A stretch of 59,745 nucleotides of DNA, filler included. It is 5 parts of 5 records of this genome, joined end to end, with 100 filler letters (N's around TTAATTAATTAA, not from the genome) between each part and the next. Parts side by side here need not be neighbours in the genome. Positions count along the whole stretch, not along the records: positions 16,006 to 25,931 come from SRR31156797_3620; positions 26,032 to 38,032 come from SRR31156797_3622; 3 more parts are not named here. One strand, given 5' to 3'. The notes below the pieces were generated by a model. It made no database searches. It had not been told where the DNA came from and saw nothing but the letters and a program-made list of their open reading frames with translations. This document shows positions 21,116 through 31,885 of this stretch, piece by piece. The translations under genes and the position numbers were made by a program. Each line of letters begins with the position of its first letter. Position 1 is the stretch's first letter.

Positions 21116-21939
21116 AAAAAAACAGAAGCGCCAAGCTCGTCATGTTGTATACCCTTCTCCTTCTTGTGTTTATCTTTTACGCCAGCCCTATTGTCTGGAT
21201 GATAACGAGTTCCTTCAAAACGGATGCGGACGCTCTGAGCATGCCTCCCAAGTGGTTTTTCAAACCCACAGGCTCCAACTATTTTGAAGCCTTCTTCAAC
21301 CGGGGGCTGATGGATAATTTCTGGAACAGTCTGACCATCTCCGCGGTCAGCAGTATTCTGGCTCTTGTGATCGGTACGCCCGCCGCCTATGCCATGTCCC
21401 GTTTCCGGTTCAGGCGCAAGGAGGACCTCTTCTTCTGGTTCCTCTCCACCCGTATGGCTCCCCCCGTTCTGGCGGCGATTCCCATGTTCATCCTCTCCCG
21501 GAATATCGGGATATACGATACGGTGGGGCTGCTGATCGTTATGAATATGCTGGTGAACCTTTCCTGGGTCGTCTGGATGATGAGATCCTTTTTTGATGAG
21601 ATCGATGTCCAGATTGACGAATCCTGCATGGTCGACGGCTGTACCCGTTTTTCGGCTCTCTGGAGAATCATTCTTCCCCTCTCCCGGCCCGGTCTGACCG
21701 CTACGGTCATCTTCTGCCTTATCCTGTCGTGGAATGAGTACTTTTTCGCCCTCATCCTTACCAGTGTCAATGCAACCACTCTTCCGGCGGCAATCAGTTC
21801 TTTCCTGACTGTCCACGGACTCCTGTGGGGACAGATGTGCGCCGCCGGAACGATTATCATGCTGCCCATCGTTATCTTCGTCTTCTTTACACAGAAGCAG
21901 CTGGTACGCGGTATGACGATGGGCGCTGTAAAGGGATAG
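21109..21939 (+). CDS. Carbohydrate ABC permease
   Basis: 'SSFK', 'DESCMVDG', 'WNEYFFA', 'GMTMGAVKG'. Confidence 0.92.
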   Translation: MVEKNRSAKLVMLYTLLLLVFIFYASPIVWMITSSFKTDADALSMPPKWFFKPTGSNYFEAFFNRGLMDNFWNSLTISAVSSILALVIGTPAAYAMSRFRFRRKEDLFFWFLSTRMAPPVLAAIPMFILSRNIGIYDTVGLLIVMNMLVNLSWVVWMMRSFFDEIDVQIDESCMVDGCTRFSALWRIILPLSRPGLTATVIFCLILSWNEYFFALILTSVNATTLPAAISSFLTVHGLLWGQMCAAGTIIMLPIVIFVFFTQKQLVRGMTMGAVKG

Positions 21940-21943
21940 GTCA

Positions 21944-23434
21944 ATGAAAGAGAACATACTGGCTGTCGATCTGGGAACGACAAGCTGTAAAATCGCCGTA
22001 TTCGACTCCGATCTGAACCGTTTGGCCGAATACTCTGAAGGGTATGACACCTCCTATCCCAAACCCGGTTGGGCTCAGCAGGAGCCCGAGGCGTGGTGGA
22101 CGCTTCTCTGCCGGGGATTCCGCTCCCTTTTCAGCACATCCGGAATCGACAGCGGATCCGTCGCAGGCATCGGCATCGATACCATGGGGAGTGCTCTCGT
22201 GGCCGTCGATAAAGAGGGGACGGCTCTCTGCCCGGCTCCCCTCTGGATGGATCGTCGTTCCGAAAGGGAAGCCGAATGGATTCAGGATACCATGGCTGAA
22301 GAGCTCTGGAGAATAAACGGAAACCGGAGCGATCCCTCCAATATGGCGCCGAAAATCCTGTGGATGAAAAACAACCGTCCCGAACTGTATGAAAAGGCGG
22401 ACTGCTTTTTGCATGCCAACGGCTACCTGGTTCACAAACTGACCGGAAAGAAGTCCATGGATAAGACGGAAACGGGATTGACCCAACTCTGCCATACAGG
22501 ATCGGGGACCTGGGATCCTGTTCTGCTGGACCTGTGCGGGATCGACGATGAAAAGCTCCCCCCCGTCTTCGATTGTCATGAAGTAGTCGGAAAGGTCACG
22601 GATAAGGCCGCCCTGGAATGCGGACTGCCCGCGGGGATTCCGGTTGTGGCCGGTTCCATGGACATGTGCAGCGCCGCCCTGGGCTCGGGAGTTTACCAGG
22701 CGGGACAGGTCTATATTTCGGCCGGCACGGTCACGGCCGTAGGCGCTTGCCTGGACAGTCCCGATTTTCATCCCGATCTCCATATCTATCCTCATGTCGT
22801 CCCCGGTCTCTACATCACCGCTGCCGGAGTGGATTACGGCGGGGCGGGGCTGAAGTGGTTTAAGGAGATCCTGGAGCTTGAGGATTTTTCTGAAATAGAT
22901 AGCCAGGTGGAGGCCAGGGAGAGGGATGGCATTCCCCTCCTGTTTCTGCCCTATATGGTAGGGCAGAGGGCTCCCTTGTGGAACAGCAGCATGACCGGAG
23001 CCATCGCGGGGCTTCATCCCGAGGCAGACAGGGCGGACCTTTTCAGGATGTTCATGAGGGGAAACGCCTTCGGGATCAACAGGATTCTGAATATATTGAA
23101 AGACTCGGGGCATAAGGTTCGGCAGGTAAAGATGACCGGAGGCTGCTCGAACAGCGGTCCCTGGATGAAGATCTTTGCGGATACCACTGATCTGCCCTAT
23201 CAGGTCCCCGGTTCCCGGGATGTGGCCGTGCTGGGTGCCGCCGCCATGGCTGCCGTTGGATGCGGCATCCGATCGGATTACAAAAGCATCTTCGGGAGGA
23301 GGCCGGTCCAGGCAAGCTACCTTCCCGACGAGGAGAATGTCGCCTATATGAACCGTCTGTACAGAATCTATTCGGGATTCCTTGATGCCATGCTCCCTGT
23401 GATGGCGTCCCTATCCGAATTGAGAAACGCGTAA
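21944..23434 (+). CDS. FGGY-family carbohydrate kinase (xylulokinase-like)
   Basis: 'VDLGTTSCK', 'GWAQQEP..WW', 'WMDRR', 'FLPYMVGQRAPLW', 'TGG'. Confidence 0.9.
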   Translation: MKENILAVDLGTTSCKIAVFDSDLNRLAEYSEGYDTSYPKPGWAQQEPEAWWTLLCRGFRSLFSTSGIDSGSVAGIGIDTMGSALVAVDKEGTALCPAPLWMDRRSEREAEWIQDTMAEELWRINGNRSDPSNMAPKILWMKNNRPELYEKADCFLHANGYLVHKLTGKKSMDKTETGLTQLCHTGSGTWDPVLLDLCGIDDEKLPPVFDCHEVVGKVTDKAALECGLPAGIPVVAGSMDMCSAALGSGVYQAGQVYISAGTVTAVGACLDSPDFHPDLHIYPHVVPGLYITAAGVDYGGAGLKWFKEILELEDFSEIDSQVEARERDGIPLLFLPYMVGQRAPLWNSSMTGAIAGLHPEADRADLFRMFMRGNAFGINRILNILKDSGHKVRQVKMTGGCSNSGPWMKIFADTTDLPYQVPGSRDVAVLGAAAMAAVGCGIRSDYKSIFGRRPVQASYLPDEENVAYMNRLYRIYSGFLDAMLPVMASLSELRNA

Positions 23435-23471
23435 TCATTGAAACATTGCAAAGAGTGAAGGAGAAAACACT

Positions 23472-24602
23472 ATGTCGGAACAGTATACCCCCAGAGAAAG
23501 GGTAGCCCTGATACTGGATCATAAAGAGGCGGACAGGATCCCATTGGATATCGGTTCAACCGCCGGCAGTTTTACAAATGAAACCTTTCAGAAATTAAAA
23601 AAGCATTTCGGTATTCGCTCGGAAGATATCGTTCCCAGGCCCGACGCCAGCGCTGCCTATTACAATGATGACCTTCTGGAAGCTTTGGGAAGCGATTTCC
23701 GCCATGTATTCCTGATGCCTCCCGACTCCTGGTCTTTTGAACCCGATGACAACGGGACCACGCGCAGCGAATGGGGTATGGAAAAGAAAAAAATCGACGG
23801 ACTGACGGAGATCGTAAGCGCGCCTCTGAAGGACGCGACACTGGAGGACCTGGAGTCCTATCCCTGGCCCGCTCCCGAAGACCCCGGCCGGGTTCGGGGA
23901 CTGAAGGAAAGGATTGAGTACCTCCATGACAAGACCGATTACGCCCTGGCCAGCCGGGCTGTCTCCCATGGCTTTTTCGAGCTGGCCTGGGAGCTGAGGG
24001 GGATGGAGAATTTCATGGTGGACATGCTCATCGACCCGGAGTTCGCCGAAGCCCTCCTCGATAAAACGCTTGAGGTTCAGATGGGTCTCTATACGGCGCT
24101 CCTGAAGGATGCGGGGCCCTACCTTCAGATCGTGGAGACAGCCGATGATTACGGAATGCAGACCGGGCCTCTGATGTCGGCGGAACTGTTCCGGAGCCTG
24201 ATAAAGCCCCGCCGCAAGAAACTGAACGACCATATCAAATCTCTGGCGCCCGGTTGCAGGATCTTCCATCATACCTGCGGATCCGTTTATGATCTGCTTC
24301 CTGACCTGATTGAAGCGGGCGTGGATGTCCTGAATCCCTGCCAGCCTCTGGCCGCCAAGATGGATTCGGAGGGATTGAAGAAGGATTTCGGCGACAGGAT
24401 CTGTTTTCACGGGGCCATTGACGAGCAGGAGGCCCTCCCCGGGACGATCGAGCAACTGAATGATGAAATCGAAAGACGGATTGACGCCCTCTCTCCTGGG
24501 GGCGGATACATCGTTGCCTCCACCAGCAACATTCAGGATGACACGCCTCTGGAGAATATCCTCTTCTATATTAAGAAGGTTAAAGAGTACGGGGTTTACT
24601 GA
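23472..24602 (+). CDS. Uroporphyrinogen decarboxylase (URO-D)/MtaA-CmuA family protein
   Basis: 'TPRERV...HKEADRIP', 'DDYG.Q', 'HTCG', 'LNPCQ', 'GGGYI'. Confidence 0.85.
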   Translation: MSEQYTPRERVALILDHKEADRIPLDIGSTAGSFTNETFQKLKKHFGIRSEDIVPRPDASAAYYNDDLLEALGSDFRHVFLMPPDSWSFEPDDNGTTRSEWGMEKKKIDGLTEIVSAPLKDATLEDLESYPWPAPEDPGRVRGLKERIEYLHDKTDYALASRAVSHGFFELAWELRGMENFMVDMLIDPEFAEALLDKTLEVQMGLYTALLKDAGPYLQIVETADDYGMQTGPLMSAELFRSLIKPRRKKLNDHIKSLAPGCRIFHHTCGSVYDLLPDLIEAGVDVLNPCQPLAAKMDSEGLKKDFGDRICFHGAIDEQEALPGTIEQLNDEIERRIDALSPGGGYIVASTSNIQDDTPLENILFYIKKVKEYGVY

Positions 24603-25723
24603 TGCCCATGACGTCGCGGGAGAGGGTTCTGGCTGCCCTCAATCATCAGGTGCCCGATAGGGTTCCCTTCTATTTCGGAGGAAGCTCCACCGCTATGACC
24701 GACCGGGCTTACTTCAGAGCTCTGAAAGAGTGGAATCTGGGGGAGCCCGTCGAGCCTTACCGCTTCGGTCATACCGGCTGTCATGTGGATAACAGGATCC
24801 TTGAATACCTCGGGGTAGATGTCCGGATGATCCAGATGAAGATCGGCCTGGGGAGCTTTCCTGCGGCTGAGGGTACGGTTCTCAGCGATTGGGGAATCCC
24901 TCTTAAAATGGTGGACGGCTACGGCAGCCGGGTGGATCCTCCCCTCGGGGACCTGGATCCGGAAAACAAGCCGGATGAGGCCCTTGACGCCATCGAACGC
25001 CATTCCTGGCCGGACGGCGGTGACAGCCGCAGGACCGAGGGGCTCCGCGCCCAGGCCGGGAAGTTTCGCAACGAGGGCTTCGCCGTGGTAGGGCGCTCTC
25101 CCCAGTCCGCGTCCTTTCTGGAATACGGATGCTGGCTCCGGGGGGATGGGGCATTCTATATGGATCTGATGCTGAATAAGGAGTTAGTACATCGTCTTTT
25201 GGACAGGATCCTCAAGGTCCAGATGGAATTCTACAGGGCCCTGCTGGAGGAGGCGGGGGATCTACTGGATATAGTGGAAACCTCAGAGGACTACGGAACC
25301 CAGAGCAGCCTGCTGATCTCTCCGGATCTGTTCCGGGAGTTTGTCAAGGGCAGGAGGGCCGAGCTGAATCGCTTTATCAAAGCAAAGTGCCCCCATCTCA
25401 AAATCCTTCATCACAGCTGCGGGGCGATTGAGCCGCTGATACAGGATCTTATCGAAACGGGAGTGGATATACTCAATCCCATCCAGCCGGGAGCCGGCGG
25501 GATGGATCCGGCCGCGGTCAGGGAAAAGTACGGTGACCGATGCTGCTTTTGCGGTGGCGTGGATATGCTGAAGGCTTTCAACGGTACCGCCGATGACGTG
25601 GTTAAGGAAAAAAGACTGAGGATCAGTCAGTTCCGCGGGGAGGAGGGCGGTTACCTGCTCAGCACCTCCAATCATGTTCAGGAGGACGTCCCTCTGGAGA
25701 ACCTGAAAATCCTGTTTTGTTAG
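24602..25723 (+). CDS. URO-D/MtaA-CmuA family protein (paralog)
   Basis: 'SRERVLAALNH..PDRVP', 'EDYGTQ', 'HSCG', 'LNPIQ', 'GGYLL'. Confidence 0.85.
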   Translation: MPMTSRERVLAALNHQVPDRVPFYFGGSSTAMTDRAYFRALKEWNLGEPVEPYRFGHTGCHVDNRILEYLGVDVRMIQMKIGLGSFPAAEGTVLSDWGIPLKMVDGYGSRVDPPLGDLDPENKPDEALDAIERHSWPDGGDSRRTEGLRAQAGKFRNEGFAVVGRSPQSASFLEYGCWLRGDGAFYMDLMLNKELVHRLLDRILKVQMEFYRALLEEAGDLLDIVETSEDYGTQSSLLISPDLFREFVKGRRAELNRFIKAKCPHLKILHHSCGAIEPLIQDLIETGVDILNPIQPGAGGMDPAAVREKYGDRCCFCGGVDMLKAFNGTADDVVKEKRLRISQFRGEEGGYLLSTSNHVQEDVPLENLKILFC

Positions 25724-25931
25724 GACAATCCTTTTAACAGCCTCGGAAGAACAGTAGCGATCCAATCGGAAAAGGTTCCCGGGATCGGCACTGTTCCTAA
25801 GCAACTGCCAGACTCCCGCAGCAAGGCTGCGGGATATGAGGCTCTTAAAGGTCTGCGACCGTTACGGAGCGGATATTCAGGGTCCGTCCGTCCTCGCTGG
25901 TGGGGATCTCCAGCTGTCCGGCCATGATCTT

Positions 25932-26031
25932 NNNNNNNNNNNNNNNNNNNNNNNNNNNNNNNNNNNNNNNNNNNNTTAATTAATTAANNNNNNNNNNNNN
26001 NNNNNNNNNNNNNNNNNNNNNNNNNNNNNNN
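25932..26031. other. Artificial contig linker
   Basis: Same N/TTAATTAATTAA/N spacer. Confidence 0.99.
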
Positions 26032-26773
26032 ATTGTCTTTTTTCTTTAAGGTCAAAGGTGAACTGGACAAAAGAGTAGAGCAACAGAAGGCCAAGGAAGA
26101 TTGGTGCCCCAATCCATGTGAATATGGTAAGTGTAAGCACAAGTCCGCTGGCAACTGAGAAGAGAATCGGCTTTAACAGAAGTTTTTTATCCATGTCTTT
26201 AAGGCCTGATGGGGTGAATTCGGTTACCCTGCTGTATTTTAATGCCAGCATGAAAAGGACAAAAGCAGTTGTTGAGAGCAAGACTTCTGCAGCGTGGTGA
26301 TCAGTGGCGCCAGCTTCGGATACTATCAGGTGCGCAGGTATTAGTGAAACTATTGCCGCACTTAGCAACGCGGTTCTTTTTTCGAAGATAGTAGTAGCTA
26401 CATAATATACAGGAATGATTGTCAGTGTTCCCAGTAGTACAGGGAAGATAGCAGCTACCATTTCTATGGTTGCAATATCGGGATTTCCTCCACCAATTAT
26501 CAGGGCAAGGCCTGCTATTGCCTGGTCATAGAGAGGAGGCCATCCAATCTCGTATCCGTAAGGGAAGTTGATGTATGTATCAAAGGTTATTGTATCTGGG
26601 AAATGCTGTACAGTATAGATTATTCGTCTGACGTGATAAAACGGGTCCGTCCCAATAAACATGATCTTACCATTAGAACTGATATTGGACCAGGATATCA
26701 TTCTTACTAACAAAGCAAATGCTACCAGTATCAGAAGAGGTAATTTGCCTTCTGTGAGTTTTTCTAGATTAAT
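26032..26773 (-). CDS. aglB: Archaeal oligosaccharyltransferase AglB/STT3, N-terminal part (3' truncated)
   Basis: 'GTDPFYHVRRI', 'FDTYINFPYG.EIGWPPLYD', 'DHHAAE'; start probably the ATT at 26773 (see findings). Confidence 0.85.
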
Positions 26774-27012
26774 CTACATTCCTCCCTCAAACACGGATTT
26801 GACTATGTGTTATTCTAAAAAACAGGTTCAATGCTTATAATTATTTCTTTTGATCTTCCAAATATCCGCTTAAAAGTAGCAAATCCTTTTGCCTTCAAAC
26901 TTCCAGAAACGAATTCTAAGATTCTTAACAAGTCTGAGTACTTGGTGAATCTGCTCACTAGCAGTGCCATAACAAGATGAACACGATATAAAAAAGAGGT
27001 GAAACTAAATAA

Positions 27013-30000
27013 TCATCTGGATGGTTCCGGATCAACCGGTATTTCAAAAACAAAATCACTACCTTTATCTGGTTCGCTCTCCACATGGATGTTACCACCA
27101 TGTATCTCTACGAGTTTCCTGACAAGTGCAAGCCCAAGCCCTGTGCCGCCATACTTTCTGGACATGGAACCATCTACCTGTGTAAATGCTTCAAAAATAC
27201 TGTCAATCCTTTCTTTTTCTATGCCTATTCCGTTATCCTTTATTGAAAATATAGCGGTATCATCACTGCCTGTACTGATTCCTATTGTAACAATACCGCC
27301 CTCATCCGTGAACTTTATGGCATTTTCCACAAGATTGTACAGGATGCTCTCCAGCTTCCCTTTGTCCGCAACAATAGTATCCATATTGTTTTCAACTAAG
27401 CTAGTTATTTGAACATTCTTTTTTGATGCTTTTGCTAGCAATACAGTGGATGTATCGTTAACTAAATTGTTGATATTAACAGGTTGTAGTACCAATGATT
27501 CCGACATTTTATATTCCAGATTCGCAAAATCAAGCATCATGTTAACTATAGATAACAGGTTCTCTCCGCTTTGGTTGATATACTCTAAGTATTTCTTTTT
27601 CTGTTCATCAAGTTCATCTCCAGTTTCCTGAAGCAGCTGGTCTGAAAAACCTATTACCGCAGTAAGGGGTGTCCTGAGTTCATGAGTGACATTGTTCAAC
27701 ATCTCGCTTTTAATGCGATTAGACTCATTTGCCAGGGCCTTTGCATATACGAGGGCTTCCTCAGCTTTTTTCTGATCAGTTACATCAACAATGACCGCTG
27801 TAGCATAGAGCACGGATCCATAACTATCCCGAATAACATTTGAGTATAGCCTGATCCAGACTATACGGCCTTTTTTATGGATGTAGCGCTTTTCAATTTC
27901 ATATGATTCCCTTTTATTTATCATTATTTCCAGAATATAGTTTTCTTCAAGGGGTAAGTCATCAGGATGAGTTATATCTCTGAAATTTGATGACATTAAC
28001 TCATCGAGTGAATAACCGGTTATTTCACAGAAGCGTTTGTTGACTCTGAGGAAATGCCCCTCTGGTGACACCTGGGCAACGCCAACTGCTGCCTGATCAA
28101 AGAATAGCTTGAACACCTTTTCAGTTTTTTCGAGTTCTTTTTCTGCCGCTTGACGTTCCATCTCAGCTGATGCACGAGAGGCAAAACTACTCAGAAGTGA
28201 AAGGAGTTGTGGACTTTTGTCCATCGGCTTGTTGTCAATGACGGCTATTAATCCAAGTATCTTGCCTTTACTATCCTTTAAAGGTGTACCCCAATAGCTC
28301 TCTGCATTCATTTCCTCTAGTATATGGTCTTCAGGGAATAGTTTGCTGACCTCAGAGGCATAGAAACACATTTCTCCATTTACAACACCATGACAGGGTG
28401 TCCCTTTAAGAGAATAACTGAAATTGTCACGAAGTTCTCCATCCATCCATACTGCAAGCGTTGTAGCAGTATCGTTTCTCTCTTTATCCAGACTGGAAAT
28501 GATTACGCAGTACCGCTTCTGGGAGAGTGCAAGCTGGTGAACAAGTACGGCAAAAAGGTTCTCTTCACGAGATGAGGATGTCTCAGCAATGACTCGCAGT
28601 GCATCTTCATGTTTTTTATTTACACTTATATCTGTAATAATAGTGGCAAACTGCCCGGGAATAGTTTGATAAGCTACAACTCCGTAGTACCGGTCGAGTT
28701 CGGCTGCATAGTCTTCGATATACAGTGGTTCTCCTGTCAGGGCAACATTGCCGTAATTTTTGATCCAGGATACTTCTATATTTGGCAATACTTCGAGTAC
28801 TGTTTTACCAAGAATACTTTCCCTGCTCAGACCAGTCAGATTTTCAAAGGCTTCATTAACATCAATAAAACGGTAATCTACAACCGTCCCGGATTCATCG
28901 CAGATCACTTCATGAACAGCCAGACCCTGGTGCATCTGGGTGACAAGCAACCTGAACTTTTCCTCGCTTGTCCGCAGTTCTTCTTCTGCATGTTTTTGAG
29001 CTGTAATGTCCCAGTTAGTACCGATCATGCGTACAGGTTTTCCTGAATCATCACGATGAACAGTGGCAAGAGCACGGATATTACAGACAGAATCATCCTG
29101 CCGCACAATGCGGAACTCGATATCATATTCTTTTTTTCCGTAAAGGGCCATCTTCATAGCATTTTCGGTTTCCAGACGATCATCAGGATGAATAAATGCC
29201 ATCCAGGATTCTAATGTGTCCTCAAATACATCATGATTGATTCTGTAAAGGGTGGCCATTTGTTCATCATAGATTATTTTATTGTTGACAATGTCGTAGT
29301 CCCAGACGGCCACACCACCAGCACGAGTGGCCAGATGAAGACGTTCACTGATAGTCTGTAGTTCTTTTTCGACCCTTTTTTGTTCCGTCATATCCAGTGC
29401 AATGCTCAGGATAGCTTCCTTTCCCTGCCATGGAATGAGCTTTGTACTTACCTGCAATGGAAATCTGCTTCCATCCTTTTTAAAATGCCATACCTCAAAA
29501 GATGCCCCTCCTCTTTCTTTGATCTCCTGATATCTTTTAGGCGCTCTTAGTTTAGTTCCCGTATCTGAAAAAAATTGCAAATGCATGTCATCAATTTCTC
29601 CAGGACGATATCCATGAAGTTCATACATGCGTTGATTCGCAAACAGGATATTGCCTTTAAAGTCGTGGATAATGATGGATGCCGGAGATGTTTTCAGCAC
29701 GCCTGCCAGCATCATCATCTTTTCTTCGGCCTCGATCTGTTCAGTGATGTCCTTAAAAACACAATATGTCTGCTTAAGAACACCTTCCTGATTATGACCT
29801 ATCCTTCCCTCGAAAGAAACATGCAGATAATGTCCATTTTTATGCCTGATCTTGTACTGGATATCACTAACATGCCCTATGAGTTTGAACTGCGAGAAAT
29901 TATTGTTGAAATCCGATGCCCAATCTGGATGCAGGAATTCAGAGAAAGACCTGCCGAAAACATCTTTCTTTTCGTATCCAAGAGTCCTCAGCCATGCTGG

Positions 30001-30477
30001 ATTCACATCAATGAAACATCCATCTTCATCAAGAGATTGGTATGGCAGAGGTGCATTGTTATAAAGTGCCCTGAATCTTTGTTCCCTGTCGATCAGTTCA
30101 GCTTCTGCCTGTTTGCGGTCAGTGATATCGAGAGCTGTAAATGTTACTCCTTCTGAGAGATCAGAAATATCTATTGGAGTTGAAGATAGCAGGATATCTA
30201 TGATGCTTCCATCCTTTCTCTTCCATTTTGTCTCAACAGTACCTGTACCTTTTTCAGCTATTTGCCGATACTTCTCAGATCCAACGAATTCATATTCTTC
30301 CAGATCGGGATACAAAACCAGGGAACTGGAATCTACTAACTCACCGTGGCTGTATCCTGTTATTTCACACATTCTGGAATTCACATCTGTAATTATGCGG
30401 TTTTTTACAACGCCTATTCCAATTGGTGCTACTCGAAAGATACTTTCAAGTCTCTTCTCACTTTTTGATACTGACAT
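27013..30477 (-). CDS. Multi-PAS/GAF cytoplasmic histidine kinase
   Basis: Repeated PAS/PAC ('DITDRK', 'HPDD'); 'THELRTPL', 'NLVENAIKFT', 'GGTGLGL'. Confidence 0.92.
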   Translation of the reverse strand: MSVSKSEKRLESIFRVAPIGIGVVKNRIITDVNSRMCEITGYSHGELVDSSSLVLYPDLEEYEFVGSEKYRQIAEKGTGTVETKWKRKDGSIIDILLSSTPIDISDLSEGVTFTALDITDRKQAEAELIDREQRFRALYNNAPLPYQSLDEDGCFIDVNPAWLRTLGYEKKDVFGRSFSEFLHPDWASDFNNNFSQFKLIGHVSDIQYKIRHKNGHYLHVSFEGRIGHNQEGVLKQTYCVFKDITEQIEAEEKMMMLAGVLKTSPASIIIHDFKGNILFANQRMYELHGYRPGEIDDMHLQFFSDTGTKLRAPKRYQEIKERGGASFEVWHFKKDGSRFPLQVSTKLIPWQGKEAILSIALDMTEQKRVEKELQTISERLHLATRAGGVAVWDYDIVNNKIIYDEQMATLYRINHDVFEDTLESWMAFIHPDDRLETENAMKMALYGKKEYDIEFRIVRQDDSVCNIRALATVHRDDSGKPVRMIGTNWDITAQKHAEEELRTSEEKFRLLVTQMHQGLAVHEVICDESGTVVDYRFIDVNEAFENLTGLSRESILGKTVLEVLPNIEVSWIKNYGNVALTGEPLYIEDYAAELDRYYGVVAYQTIPGQFATIITDISVNKKHEDALRVIAETSSSREENLFAVLVHQLALSQKRYCVIISSLDKERNDTATTLAVWMDGELRDNFSYSLKGTPCHGVVNGEMCFYASEVSKLFPEDHILEEMNAESYWGTPLKDSKGKILGLIAVIDNKPMDKSPQLLSLLSSFASRASAEMERQAAEKELEKTEKVFKLFFDQAAVGVAQVSPEGHFLRVNKRFCEITGYSLDELMSSNFRDITHPDDLPLEENYILEIMINKRESYEIEKRYIHKKGRIVWIRLYSNVIRDSYGSVLYATAVIVDVTDQKKAEEALVYAKALANESNRIKSEMLNNVTHELRTPLTAVIGFSDQLLQETGDELDEQKKKYLEYINQSGENLLSIVNMMLDFANLEYKMSESLVLQPVNINNLVNDTSTVLLAKASKKNVQITSLVENNMDTIVADKGKLESILYNLVENAIKFTDEGGIVTIGISTGSDDTAIFSIKDNGIGIEKERIDSIFEAFTQVDGSMSRKYGGTGLGLALVRKLVEIHGGNIHVESEPDKGSDFVFEIPVDPEPSR

Positions 30478-30657
30478 GACGACGTCTCAAAGTTTGTAAT
30501 GCGTATATAATGCTTCTTATTTTATAAAAGTATTTTTAATAATGATTTAAATTTTCTATGTATAATGTCGTATACTGATTGGTATAATTTGCAATAATTT
30601 ACAAATAGCCTGAAACCTTTTTATTCTACGAACAATAACAATTAACAGAGGTAGCAA

Positions 30658-31842
30658 ATGTCACGATTACTGATAGGTTTGAGGATATGGTGGGTCGCTG
30701 TTGTTTTCATAGTGATCGTCCTGCTGGTCGTCTTCTCAGCAAACTATCTAGGCCTGAGGCCAACAGTTGCAGGGTCGGGAGTTGAAGGAATAGACCTGCC
30801 CCCGGGTTTTGTGATCGATGTCTACGCAGAAGACCTTGGAAGCACTCTGCTATCGTTTGGTGGTCCGTCTCCTGGTCCGCGAATGATGATGATAAATGAC
30901 GGCCTGCTTTTCGTATCCATCCCTAACAAGGGTCTTGTGGCTGTAATTTCTGACCGCGATGGGGATAACGTGGCTGATGAGGTGCAGGTGTTTATTTCAG
31001 ATCTTGATTATCCTCATGGCATCGATCATTATGATGGATGGTTCTACATAGCAGAGGAAAGCAGGGTCATAAGGGTGAGGGATGATGACAATGATCTTGT
31101 TGCAGATGAAGGTAGTCTGGAAGTTCTTATCGACAATCTTCCCACAGGCGGGCACTATACAAGGACAGTGAAGGTACATGATGGTGAACTCTATCTGAGT
31201 GTAGGCTCTTCGTGTAACGTCTGTAACGAGTCCAGTGAGTTAAGGGCAGCAATTTCTAAAAGTGACCTTGATGGTAGCAACCTCACAGTGTTTGCAAAAG
31301 GTCTTCGCAATTCTGTGGGACTGGTATTCCATCCTGTTTCAGGAGAGTTGTATGCTACGGAGAACGGCAGGGACTGGCTTGGTGACGACCTGCCGCCGGA
31401 TGAGATTAACCTGATAACAGAAGGTGAGGATTATGGCTGGCCCACATGTTATGGTAAGAACATCTATGATACTGACTTCAATACTGGTGAGTATACAGGA
31501 AACCCATGCAATGATACCGGGATGATTCCAAGTTTTGTGGACCTTCAGGCACATTCAGCACCTTTGGGTCTTAGTTTCTATGATGGTGAAAGTTTTCCTG
31601 AAGAGTATCAGGGTGATCTTTTTGTCTGTTTCCATGGATCGTGGAACCGTCAGGAACCCACAGGTTACAAGGTGGTAAGCATAGATATGGATACAAGAGA
31701 GGTCAGTGATTTTGCAACAGGATGGCTCGGTGAGGCAACAATCAGCGGCAGGCCGGTGGATGTAGTAGTTGCAGATGATGGCTCACTGTTTGTTAGCGAT
31801 GATAATGCCGGGAGGATATACAGGATATATTATACAGGTTGA
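30658..31842 (+). CDS. Membrane-anchored PQQ-dependent sugar/sorbosone dehydrogenase family beta-propeller
   Basis: 'LPPGF.IDVYA', 'VGSSCNVC', 'GLRNSVG', 'YGWP.C', 'AHSAPLG', 'HGSWNR', 'GRPVDV'. Confidence 0.85.
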   Translation: MSRLLIGLRIWWVAVVFIVIVLLVVFSANYLGLRPTVAGSGVEGIDLPPGFVIDVYAEDLGSTLLSFGGPSPGPRMMMINDGLLFVSIPNKGLVAVISDRDGDNVADEVQVFISDLDYPHGIDHYDGWFYIAEESRVIRVRDDDNDLVADEGSLEVLIDNLPTGGHYTRTVKVHDGELYLSVGSSCNVCNESSELRAAISKSDLDGSNLTVFAKGLRNSVGLVFHPVSGELYATENGRDWLGDDLPPDEINLITEGEDYGWPTCYGKNIYDTDFNTGEYTGNPCNDTGMIPSFVDLQAHSAPLGLSFYDGESFPEEYQGDLFVCFHGSWNRQEPTGYKVVSIDMDTREVSDFATGWLGEATISGRPVDVVVADDGSLFVSDDNAGRIYRIYYTG

Positions 31843-31885
31843 GGATATGTGGCAGATGATCGATGCTGTCACAGGTGATCTTCAG

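Noticed and set aside
23472-25723. hemE gene symbol for the URO-D-family genes
   Set aside because: HxCG motif and sugar-operon context point to the methyltransferase-like branch; no tetrapyrrole genes nearby.
19059-25804. Long antisense ORFs (e.g. 19059-20183, 20926-22050, 21941-23113, 23595-24455)
   Set aside because: Shadow frames of well-supported + strand genes in GC-rich DNA; no motifs.
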